From Candidatus Dojkabacteria bacterium (GTDB lineage Bacteria; Patescibacteriota; Dojkabacteria; SC72): a stretch of 36,960 nt of DNA. The translations under genes were made by a program, and so were the position numbers. Shown in pieces: positions 26,164 through 33,828 of this stretch. Position 1 is the first letter of the stretch. Each line of letters starts with the position of its first letter. The notes beneath the pieces were generated by a model. That model saw only the letters and a list, made by a program, of their open reading frames with translations. It ran no database searches and was not told where the DNA came from. Where the stretch lies: assembly GCA_012513575.1 (NCBI GenBank), contig JAAZBX010000015.1, forward strand, positions 1 through 36,960, given 5' to 3'.

Positions 26164-28251
26164 TTAACTAATTTCATTAAAGGACATTCCTTCTTTATAT
26201 CCCACCTCACAGTCACACTTAGGACAGTAAAAGTGTTCACCTGGGATATATCCGTGCTTTGGACATATACTAAATGTTGGAGTGATTGAGAAGTAGGGCA
26301 ATTTATAATTCTCTGCAATTTTTCTCACTAGATTTTTTACTGCCTCAGGAGATGTAATTTGTTCTCCAATGTAAACGTGTTGAACAGTACCGCCTGTGTA
26401 AAGACACTGAAATTCATCTTGTAAATCTAATGCTTCAAAGATGTCATCAGTCAGTCCAACAGGAATCTGTGAACTGTTTGTATAGTATGGCACTATATCC
26501 CGGCCTTTATGTTCGCCTATGTCAGACGCTGCTATAATTGAATCTCCAAAGCGCTTCTTATCTGCCTTTGCAAACTTATAAGTTGCTCCTTCTCCAGGTG
26601 TTGCTTCCAAATTAAAAAGTTCATTGGTTTTTAATTGATAAGTCATCAATCGTTCTCTCATGTGATTCATTATCTCAATACCAAATTCTCGGCCTTCTTC
26701 TGAAGTAATCCCCTTATTTGAATCTTTGTAGAAGTTTATAAGTGCCTCATTGAGTCCTAATATTCCAATTGTGTTAAAATGATTTTTGTAGTACTCTCCG
26801 AACCTCTTTTTAATATCAGATAAGTAGAATTTGGAATATGGATAAAGACCTTTATCCATATATTTCTCAAGGAATCTCCTTTTAATTTGCAAGCTCTTCT
26901 TTGCTAAATCCATCTGAATATTTAACCTTTTAAAAAAGTCTCTTTTGTTTGCTGCTTCGAAACCAATTCTGGGAAGATTAATTGTTACTACACCAATACT
27001 ACCAGTTAATGGGTTGGCGCCAAACAAACCGCCACCTCTTTTTCTAAGCTCCCTGTTATCAAGTCTCAATCTGCAGCACATACTTCTTGCATCGTCAGGA
27101 CTCATGTCAGAATTTATAAAGTTTGAAAAATAAGGGATACCATATTTGGCTGTCATCTCCCAGATAGGTTTGTACTCAGGATTGTCCCAATCAAAGTCCT
27201 TTGTGAGATTGTAGGTAGGAATAGGGTAGGAAAACAGTCGTCCCTGTGCATCTCCTTCCATCATAATTTCACAAAAGGCCTTATTAATCATATTCATTTC
27301 ATTCTGAAATTCACAGTATTTCTCTTTTTGTATTTGACCCCCAATAATCACCCCCTGCTGTGCAAGTTGTCCCGAAGGAATTAAATCCATAGTAATATTA
27401 GTGAAAGGTGTTTGACAACCAACCCTAGTTGGAACATTCATATTGTAAAGAAACTCTTGCATTTTCTGTTTAACCTGTTTGTAGGATAGTTTGTCAAACT
27501 TAACAAAAGGAGCAAGAAATGTATCGAAGCTTGAAAAAGCTTGAGCTCCTGCCGCTTCATGTTGAAGTGTGTAAAGGTAATTTACGACTTGCCCTAATGC
27601 TGCACTAAAATGCTTTGCTGGGGAAGAAGAGATCTTTCCTTCAACGCCTGTAAAACCCTTAAGAAGCAAATCTTCTAAACTCCAACCGCAACAGTATGTT
27701 GCCAACATCCCTAAGTCATGAATATGATAATCTTTATTAATATTTCCGGTAGAAATTTCTTTTGGATATATGCTGTGAAGCCAGTAATTTGATTGGACAG
27801 TAGTTGAAATATAGTTATTTAAACCTTGCCAAGAATAAGCCATATTACTGTTCTCATTAACTTGCCAATCAAGTTTGTCGATATAGTCTTTAACAAGCGT
27901 GTTCGCATCGATTAACGATTTAATATTCTTAACCTGGTGTTTGAGATCAATAAAGAGTTTGTACGCAATTGAGGTTTTAGTATGTCCCATGTCAATTAGT
28001 GTCTGAGCAACAATATCCGCAATTTCGCTACTCTTAATTACTTCCTTATTAGAATATTTACTCTTAATAATCTTTATTACTTCTTCAGCTATCTCTTCTG
28101 CTCTTTTCTTATTTTTACCACCAACACTATCAGCGGCCTTAAAAATACCTCGAACAATACTATCTTTACGAAAAGCAACTAAACTTCCATCTCTCTTTTT
28201 AACCTTTAATTTTTTACTAATAGGTATTTGAATTTTATTTGGGGCAGACAT
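26164..28251 (-). CDS. nrdD: Anaerobic (class III) ribonucleoside-triphosphate reductase large subunit, lacking its C-terminal glycyl-radical segment
   Basis: N-terminal ATP cone (VKKRDG), HIHDL, YCCGW, AGAQAF, SMCCRL, TGSIGVVTINLPR, EATPGE, YTGGTV, Zn site CPKH..CPKC, then stop. ATG 28251 preferred to TTG 28278. Confidence 0.95.
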   Translation of the reverse strand: MSAPNKIQIPISKKLKVKKRDGSLVAFRKDSIVRGIFKAADSVGGKNKKRAEEIAEEVIKIIKSKYSNKEVIKSSEIADIVAQTLIDMGHTKTSIAYKLFIDLKHQVKNIKSLIDANTLVKDYIDKLDWQVNENSNMAYSWQGLNNYISTTVQSNYWLHSIYPKEISTGNINKDYHIHDLGMLATYCCGWSLEDLLLKGFTGVEGKISSSPAKHFSAALGQVVNYLYTLQHEAAGAQAFSSFDTFLAPFVKFDKLSYKQVKQKMQEFLYNMNVPTRVGCQTPFTNITMDLIPSGQLAQQGVIIGGQIQKEKYCEFQNEMNMINKAFCEIMMEGDAQGRLFSYPIPTYNLTKDFDWDNPEYKPIWEMTAKYGIPYFSNFINSDMSPDDARSMCCRLRLDNRELRKRGGGLFGANPLTGSIGVVTINLPRIGFEAANKRDFFKRLNIQMDLAKKSLQIKRRFLEKYMDKGLYPYSKFYLSDIKKRFGEYYKNHFNTIGILGLNEALINFYKDSNKGITSEEGREFGIEIMNHMRERLMTYQLKTNELFNLEATPGEGATYKFAKADKKRFGDSIIAASDIGEHKGRDIVPYYTNSSQIPVGLTDDIFEALDLQDEFQCLYTGGTVQHVYIGEQITSPEAVKNLVRKIAENYKLPYFSITPTFSICPKHGYIPGEHFYCPKCDCEVGYKEGMSFNEIS

Positions 28252-28267
28252 ATTTGTAAAATTTAAA

Positions 28268-28714
28268 TTAATTCTCAATACTATCTATTTCCTTTCTTAC
28301 ATCTTCTAAAGTCTCAAATTTCTTATAGACCGAAGCGAACCGAATATACGCCAATTTATCCTTTCCTTTAAGCCAATCTAAAGTTTTTAAGCCAATTTCA
28401 TTTGTTGAGAGAGGCTCTTCACTATTTAGAGCGATTCTCTCAATTTCTTCAGCAAAATCCCTAATCTCTTCCTCCTTTACATGCTCATGATTTAAAGCTT
28501 TTTTTATCCCTTTCACAATTTTCTCTGAATCAAATTTCTCTAAAGAGCCATCTTTTTTTATTACATTCACTTCTAGGCTTTCCAATCTCTCGTAGGTAGT
28601 AAAACGTTTCCCACATCTTAGACATTGTCTTCTTCTTCGTGTTGACCTGTCTTCATTATTGTCCCTTTTATCTACTACCTTTGTAATCTCACATTCACAA
28701 AAAGGGCATTTCAT
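28268..28714 (-). CDS. nrdR: Transcriptional repressor NrdR
   Basis: MKCPFC, RRRRQCLRCGKRFTTYE, ATP cone VIKKDG, AYIRFASVY. Confidence 0.98.
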   Translation of the reverse strand: MKCPFCECEITKVVDKRDNNEDRSTRRRRQCLRCGKRFTTYERLESLEVNVIKKDGSLEKFDSEKIVKGIKKALNHEHVKEEEIRDFAEEIERIALNSEEPLSTNEIGLKTLDWLKGKDKLAYIRFASVYKKFETLEDVRKEIDSIEN

Positions 28715-28724
28715 AACTTTAAAA

Positions 28725-28772
28725 GTACAATATATTGTATTATGGGATCTACCTTACCCCAACAGGTTGTGG
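28725..28772. promoter_or_regulatory. Tandem NrdR boxes
   Basis: GTACAATATATTGTAT (28725-28740) and CCCCAACAGGTTGTGG (28757-28772) fit acaCwAtATaTwGtgt and are 32 bp apart, the known NrdR-box spacing. Confidence 0.8.
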
Positions 28773-28779
28773 TGGTCAA
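28751..28779 (-). promoter_or_regulatory. Promoter of the nrdR-nrdD-nrdG operon
   Basis: TTGACC-17 nt-TAAGGT; one NrdR box fills the spacer. Confidence 0.6.
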
Positions 28780-28877
28780 GGACCCATAGTTGGGGAAATA
28801 GTATTTTTTAAAATATTTCCCTTTATTTCAAAACAATTTAAGAAATAGAAAATTACTACAAGGCCAATTACAGATTT

Positions 28878-28907
28878 TTGACAACTTAGTAACTACACAT
28901 GTATCAT
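28878..28907 (+). promoter_or_regulatory. Sigma70-type promoter of the cytidylyltransferase gene
   Basis: TTGACA-18 nt-TATCAT. Confidence 0.5.
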
Positions 28908-28934
28908 TCTTAATTAAGTTTTTAATTATTCGTC

Positions 28935-29426
28935 ATGGTTATTTCCCTAGAAGAGTTTGCCAAGTTAAGAGACAATGAATTAAAAGACAAAAAGATTGTT
29001 TGTACATCAGGTTTTTTTGACCCACTTCATCCTGGTCATGCATCATGTATTTTTGAATCAAAGAAATTTGGAGATATTTTGGTAGTTATAGTCGATGGAG
29101 ATCAACGTGCAGTAACAAAGAAAGGCAAATCATTTATGCCCGAAATGGACAGAGCAAGGATAGTTGATTACATTAAAGGTGTTGATTATGTAGTTATATA
29201 TAACAGTACTATTAGAAATGATTGTGTTGAAGCTGTAGAGGCAATTAGACCAGATGTTTTCACAAAGGGAGGAGATAGAGATGGGAGTAAAAATGTTCCA
29301 GAATTTGAGGTTGTAGAGAAGTATGGGGGCAGGGTAGAGTTTAATGTAGGAGATCCTAAAATGTGGTCAAGTTCAAACTACCTTAAAGAATGGGTTGATT
29401 TTGTAAATAGAAACAAAAGTGATTAG
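28935..29426 (+). CDS. Cytidylyltransferase/adenylyltransferase family protein (RfaE domain II/TagD-like)
   Basis: SGFFDPLHPGH (HxGH), GDILVVIVDGD, KKG..FM...R, IRPDVFTKGGD, SSS. Confidence 0.88.
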   Translation: MVISLEEFAKLRDNELKDKKIVCTSGFFDPLHPGHASCIFESKKFGDILVVIVDGDQRAVTKKGKSFMPEMDRARIVDYIKGVDYVVIYNSTIRNDCVEAVEAIRPDVFTKGGDRDGSKNVPEFEVVEKYGGRVEFNVGDPKMWSSSNYLKEWVDFVNRNKSD

Positions 29427-30364
29427 ATACTATTTGTTTTTTTATTGCTTAAGTACAAATATATTGAATTAGCAGCCACAGCTCCTTCTCCAACAGCAGT
29501 AACAACTTGCTTAAAAAAGTTAGAATTTGTTGTACAATCACCGGCCGCCCATATACCCTCAATACTGGTTCTTTGTTCTTTATCCACAACAATATAGTTG
29601 TGTTCATCCACTTGAATATCTAGCTTAATGGGTAGGGTAATATTAGGTTCGCTTCCAATTTCAATAAATACTCCATCTACATCTAGATACTTTGAATCAT
29701 TGTATGGTTTCGAAAGCTTAATTTTCTCAAGTCTTAATTCCCCGATTAAATCTATTATTAAGGTTTGGTAAATAATATGGATATTGCTTCTATTAAGCGC
29801 TTGTTCTGCCCATGTGGGATCTCCCCTAAGTTCTGAGCCACGATAAATTACATATACTTCCTTGGCAACATCTGAGAGCATTGTAGCTGCCATTGTGGCT
29901 GCACTCGAGCCACCGACTACTGCAACTATTTTGTTTTTGTAAAACATAGAATCACATGTGGCACAATAGGAAAGGCCCTTTCCCAGAAAAGAATCTTCTT
30001 TAGGTATAGCTAATTTGTTTCGGTCTGTTCCTGTTGCAAAAAGAACAACCTTTGATAAGTATTCTCCGTTATCATCCGTAAATATTTTGAAAAAATCACC
30101 ATCCCTTTTAATATTTACAACGCTTTTAGGCAGATATTCTGTCCCAACATTTTTTGAATGAGTTAGCATTCTTTGTCCTAATTCAAGCCCTGACACATCT
30201 TCAAGTCCTGGGTAGTTACATACCATATGTGCTTCTGTAATTGTTCCTCCTGGAAGTTTTCCAAATACAATTGTTTTAAGTTTGTATCTACTGGAGTATA
30301 TACTTGCACTTAAACCAGCAGGACCACTTCCAACTATTGCTACATCATAGATTTCTTTATTCAT
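29423..30364 (-). CDS. trxB: Thioredoxin reductase
   Basis: GSGPAGLSA, NYPG, GLSYCATCD, VVGG, GVFIEIG, AAGDCT, QVVTAVGEG. Confidence 0.93.
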   Translation of the reverse strand: MNKEIYDVAIVGSGPAGLSASIYSSRYKLKTIVFGKLPGGTITEAHMVCNYPGLEDVSGLELGQRMLTHSKNVGTEYLPKSVVNIKRDGDFFKIFTDDNGEYLSKVVLFATGTDRNKLAIPKEDSFLGKGLSYCATCDSMFYKNKIVAVVGGSSAATMAATMLSDVAKEVYVIYRGSELRGDPTWAEQALNRSNIHIIYQTLIIDLIGELRLEKIKLSKPYNDSKYLDVDGVFIEIGSEPNITLPIKLDIQVDEHNYIVVDKEQRTSIEGIWAAGDCTTNSNFFKQVVTAVGEGAVAANSIYLYLSNKKTNSI

Positions 30365-30429
30365 ATCATTGATAGAAGACAGATTAATATCTGTATTTTA
30401 TCATAGATTTGAAATTGAGTATGAAAGGG

Positions 30430-30486
30430 TTAGAAAGGTACCATATGTTTGTAAATGAGCAAAGTGCTCCATATGGTACCTTCTAA
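30430..30486. repeat. Long inverted repeat downstream of the lipoprotein gene
   Basis: TTAGAA(A)GGTACCATATG ... CATATGGTACCTTCTAA: 17-bp stem with one bulged base, enclosing a GAGCA/TGCTC hairpin. Confidence 0.85.
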
Positions 30487-30490
30487 AGGT

Positions 30491-30832
30491 CTAATTTGAT
30501 TTCTTTTCAAGATGGAAACAATTTCCTTCCTGAATCCATTCGTAATCCGAACGAGCTCGGAGTGTTGCTGGCTTGTTTCCTAAACAAATTTCTTTGTTAG
30601 GATCCAAAGCTAACTCCAAAGCGGAGCCCCATTCTCCCCATTCTGCCCAACAGGTTGAGCGATTGTTTAAATCGCACCTTTGGGTGGAGTAAGATCCGAT
30701 GAAATCGGGATTGGGTTCAACCACGAAATCAACGTCTAAGGAGTATTGGGGAGCTTGATTGCCTCCGCAAGCAGTAAGGCAAAATACAGACAGAACCATT
30801 ACTGCAATACCAAGTAGAAAAGACTTTTTCAT
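30491..30832 (-). CDS. Small putative lipoprotein
   Basis: MKK + hydrophobic stretch + LTAC lipobox; GGAG upstream of the ATG; Cys/Trp-rich mature part. Confidence 0.75.
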   Translation of the reverse strand: MKKSFLLGIAVMVLSVFCLTACGGNQAPQYSLDVDFVVEPNPDFIGSYSTQRCDLNNRSTCWAEWGEWGSALELALDPNKEICLGNKPATLRARSDYEWIQEGNCFHLEKKSN

Positions 30833-30872
30833 TTTTTCTCCATTTTCTTTCCCAAAAGGGAACTAGTTTTAT

Positions 30873-30930
30873 GTTTAATAACAGCAAACAAGCATCTAAA
30901 CATATAAATACCTATGTGCTGTTATCAAAC
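30873..30930. repeat. Long inverted repeat in the 5' leader of the lipoprotein gene
   Basis: GTTTAATAACAGCA ... TGCTGTTATCAAAC: 14-bp stem whose single mismatch is a G-U pair on the minus-strand transcript. Confidence 0.8.
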
Positions 30931-30990
30931 CAAGGAGACAAAATTAGACCTTTTTAATGAGCAGTTAGACTACTATTAATAGCCTATAAT

Positions 30991-31020
30991 ATTATACCAT
31001 AAAAACAGGGGATTTATCAA
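30991..31020 (-). promoter_or_regulatory. Promoter of the lipoprotein gene
   Basis: TTGATA-18 nt-TATAAT with extended TG. Confidence 0.65.
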
Positions 31021-31793
31021 TCTAGACAAGCCTCAACACCCCAGTTAAGAGTGTTTGTAAGTATAGTTGGAGAGCCTTTCCTAACTATAACCATATATTC
31101 AAACATAACTGAATTCCCACCATGTACAGTCCTAGCTGACCATCCATCACTCTTATCAATAACAACATTATCTTCGTCATCAACTACCTGACATTCAATA
31201 CAGATAACCATACCATCTTCAAGCAAATCTCCCTTACCTTTCTTTCCAAAAGCTGGTATGTCTGGATACTCGTGTAGTCCCTTTCCTATTCCATGACCTA
31301 CGAAAACACTTAAAACATTATAGCCGTTCTCAAGTGCAACCTTTTCCATTTCATATCCCAAATCTCCAGTCCTATTACCCACAACAGCTTTGGGGAGTGC
31401 ACTCTCTACAGCTTTCCTTCCAGCTAAAAGTAATTTCGTTTTTTGCTCATCTGCCTTACCTACACACCAAGTCCAACAGTGGTCTGTGTACATTTTTTTA
31501 TGTACTATTCCGAAATCTATAGAAACTAAATCACCTTTTTGTAGGGGAATATTCTTTGGAATACCATGTACAGCCACATCATTTACTGAAATACATGTGT
31601 TATACATATACCCATCAACTCGTTTAAAAGATGGATGTACTCTGTACTGTAAGCAAAGCTCCCCAGCATAGTTATCAATTTGCAATGGAGTTACACCTTC
31701 TTTAATCTTTTGACCTAACTTTTGAAGAATATCTACAGAGATATTACATGCCTCTTTAAGCAATTCTTCTTCTTGTGAGTTTCTAATAATCAT
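31017..31793 (-). CDS. map: Methionine aminopeptidase type I
   Basis: CISVNDVAVHGIP, GDLVSIDFG, YTDH, GHGIG..LHE.P, ICIE, DGW, FEY; ATG 31793 (MIIRN) preferred. Confidence 0.95.
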   Translation of the reverse strand: MIIRNSQEEELLKEACNISVDILQKLGQKIKEGVTPLQIDNYAGELCLQYRVHPSFKRVDGYMYNTCISVNDVAVHGIPKNIPLQKGDLVSIDFGIVHKKMYTDHCWTWCVGKADEQKTKLLLAGRKAVESALPKAVVGNRTGDLGYEMEKVALENGYNVLSVFVGHGIGKGLHEYPDIPAFGKKGKGDLLEDGMVICIECQVVDDEDNVVIDKSDGWSARTVHGGNSVMFEYMVIVRKGSPTILTNTLNWGVEACLD

Positions 31794-31809
31794 ATTGCTA
31801 ATTATATTC

Positions 31810-32979
31810 TCAATCACCGATAATATAAAGCTCCTTTGTAGCCCTAGTTACACCAGTATAAAGCCATCTTCTCCAACTATCATCATCCATTCGAGAGAAT
31901 CTTTCTTCAAACAGAATTACTTTCTCTGCTTGACTTCCCTGTGCCTTGTGAACCGTTAATGCATAACCAAAATCAAACAAATTGATTTCTCTAGTAATAC
32001 CCTTTAATGTTTCTTTTTGCCCAAATTGTTCAATTGAAATTGGTAAATGGTATACATCATTTTCTCCATCAAAAAGAATATCTGCTTGATAGTAATCGGA
32101 TATGCCTCTTTGTTTGACTTTTTCAATTGATTCAATACTACCCAACATACCATTAAATATCCCTAGTTGAGTATTATTTCTTAAGCAAATTACTCGATCA
32201 TTGATAGAGGGTTGAAGAGATTCAAATTCTAGAAGTTGCCTAATGCCAGCATTTAATTTAACTCTTGTATTATTATATCCAACCAAAACCAAACAATTTT
32301 GATCGTAACCAGTTAATTTATCGGTTAGAAATTCCATTACTTCATCGTCTTGTCTTGAGAATTTCCTTACTGTTTTACTAAACTCCATTACGGGTATCTC
32401 TCCGTATTTTCTTGCTAATTCTGAAACTACAATAATAGGATTATCCTTCTCTTGTCTATATATTTCCTCAAGTCTTAAAATTGGATTGGTCATGAGATTG
32501 AATTTCCCATCAACTGGAGGAAGTTGACCATGATCACCAACAGCTAAAATGGGTATGTTGAAAGATTGAAGATCTCTCCAAATATCATAAGAGACCATAG
32601 AGGCCTCATCAACAACAATTAAATCATACTTAAAATCATCTAACTCTATCTTCTCCCATCCAATTATTACATCTCTTTCATCTACAATTGCTTTGTATAT
32701 TAATCTATGTATAGTTCCAACGAAATCCGTTGATTTTAATGAAGTAGTTTCCTGAAGTTTCTTCTTTAAGATAAGGGAAGCCTTACCAGTAAAAGAGCAG
32801 TAGGCAATTTTAATTCCTTTGTATTCATTATGAAGATATAAATTTAAGTGACCAAGTAGGGTAGTCTTGCCTGTTCCAGCATAACCACCCAGAGTTAGAT
32901 ATTTAGTTTTTTTATCCTTATACCAGGCCAATATGGCATCTAGAATTTGTTTTTGCTTACTTGAAAGTTCATACTCCAT
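31810..32979 (-). CDS. SF1B helicase, RecD/Dda-like
   Basis: GYAGTGKTT, TIHRLIY, VDEASM, GDHGQLPPV, YRQ, YALTVHKAQGSQ, LYTGVTRA. Confidence 0.92.
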   Translation of the reverse strand: MEYELSSKQKQILDAILAWYKDKKTKYLTLGGYAGTGKTTLLGHLNLYLHNEYKGIKIAYCSFTGKASLILKKKLQETTSLKSTDFVGTIHRLIYKAIVDERDVIIGWEKIELDDFKYDLIVVDEASMVSYDIWRDLQSFNIPILAVGDHGQLPPVDGKFNLMTNPILRLEEIYRQEKDNPIIVVSELARKYGEIPVMEFSKTVRKFSRQDDEVMEFLTDKLTGYDQNCLVLVGYNNTRVKLNAGIRQLLEFESLQPSINDRVICLRNNTQLGIFNGMLGSIESIEKVKQRGISDYYQADILFDGENDVYHLPISIEQFGQKETLKGITREINLFDFGYALTVHKAQGSQAEKVILFEERFSRMDDDSWRRWLYTGVTRATKELYIIGD

Positions 32980-33038
32980 ATATAGAAGTATACATTAACT
33001 ATTGTTTTCTAACTACTGTATTGATATCCTCAATAGTT

Positions 33039-33791
33039 ATGAACAACAAATTTCTTTTTTTTGATACTGAAACAACTGATGTACAAAGTAAGGATATTAT
33101 CCAATTAGCTTTTGTTACAAGTGACGGGAAACAGTTTAATGAATACTTTAAACCTGAACAAGAGATTACGTTCGGTGCAATGGCTGTACATCATATCACA
33201 CCAGAATTCCTCGAGAACAAGACAACATTTAAAGGTGCAACTGTTAAAGATGAAAATTCATTAACACTTTTTTCTGAACTTTCCCTATCAAAATATTTAG
33301 AAAAATTAGCACAGGAATATATTTGGGTAGCACATAATGCTGAATTTGATCTGGAAGTTCTTAAAAAGAAAGGTGTTGAAGTTCCAAAATATATTTGTAC
33401 CCTTAAAGTCGCAAGAAATATGTTGGGCGAAGATGATGGGAAGAAAGATTTAGAAAGCTATTCATTACAATATCTAAGATATTACCTTGGGTTGTATAAG
33501 AGTGAAACAGAGAATGATGCTGTTATGGCACACGATGCTATGGGTGATGTCTTTGTATTAAAGAATTTGTTTGATTATTTAGTAAAGAATTCGTCCTTAT
33601 CACCTGAGAATATGATGCTTATTTCCAAAGAGCCTCAATTTATGAGAAACGTTCCATTTGGGAAGTATGCAGGTTATACTCTTGAGGAGTTAGTGAAAAT
33701 TGATAGAGAATATTTAGAATGGCTCAAAGAGAATGCAAGTGACAAGAAAGATTTGGTGTGGAATATTGAAAGAGTTCTTACAAATAATTAA
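33039..33791 (+). CDS. DEDDh 3'-5' exonuclease, exodeoxyribonuclease X-like
   Basis: FFDTETT, AMAVHHIT, VAHNAEFD, ICTLK, LQYLRY, AHDAMGD, C-terminal PFGKY.G...YLEWL; ATG 33039 preferred to the overlapping TTG. Confidence 0.9.
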   Translation: MNNKFLFFDTETTDVQSKDIIQLAFVTSDGKQFNEYFKPEQEITFGAMAVHHITPEFLENKTTFKGATVKDENSLTLFSELSLSKYLEKLAQEYIWVAHNAEFDLEVLKKKGVEVPKYICTLKVARNMLGEDDGKKDLESYSLQYLRYYLGLYKSETENDAVMAHDAMGDVFVLKNLFDYLVKNSSLSPENMMLISKEPQFMRNVPFGKYAGYTLEELVKIDREYLEWLKENASDKKDLVWNIERVLTNN

Positions 33792-33794
33792 TAA

Positions 33795-33823
33795 TTGACA
33801 CCCTATCAGTTTTAATTTACGAT
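33795..33823 (+). promoter_or_regulatory. Sigma70-type promoter 5 nt upstream of the start codon
   Basis: TTGACA-17 nt-TACGAT-GTATT-ATG. Confidence 0.7.
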
Positions 33824-33828
33824 GTATT

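Noticed and set aside
26164-28251. nrdD as a pseudogene
   Set aside because: All motifs are intact, the missing segment has its own ATG and is coupled to nrdG, and NrdR boxes are retained; not fully excluded without reads.
30430-30486. Possible integron attC site
   Set aside because: Lacks the RYYYAAC...GTTRRRY ends in the correct orientation; no integrase or cassette array in the window.
32987-32993. GTATAC upstream of the helicase as a LexA site
   Set aside because: Single half-site, fully explained as the TATACT -10 box.
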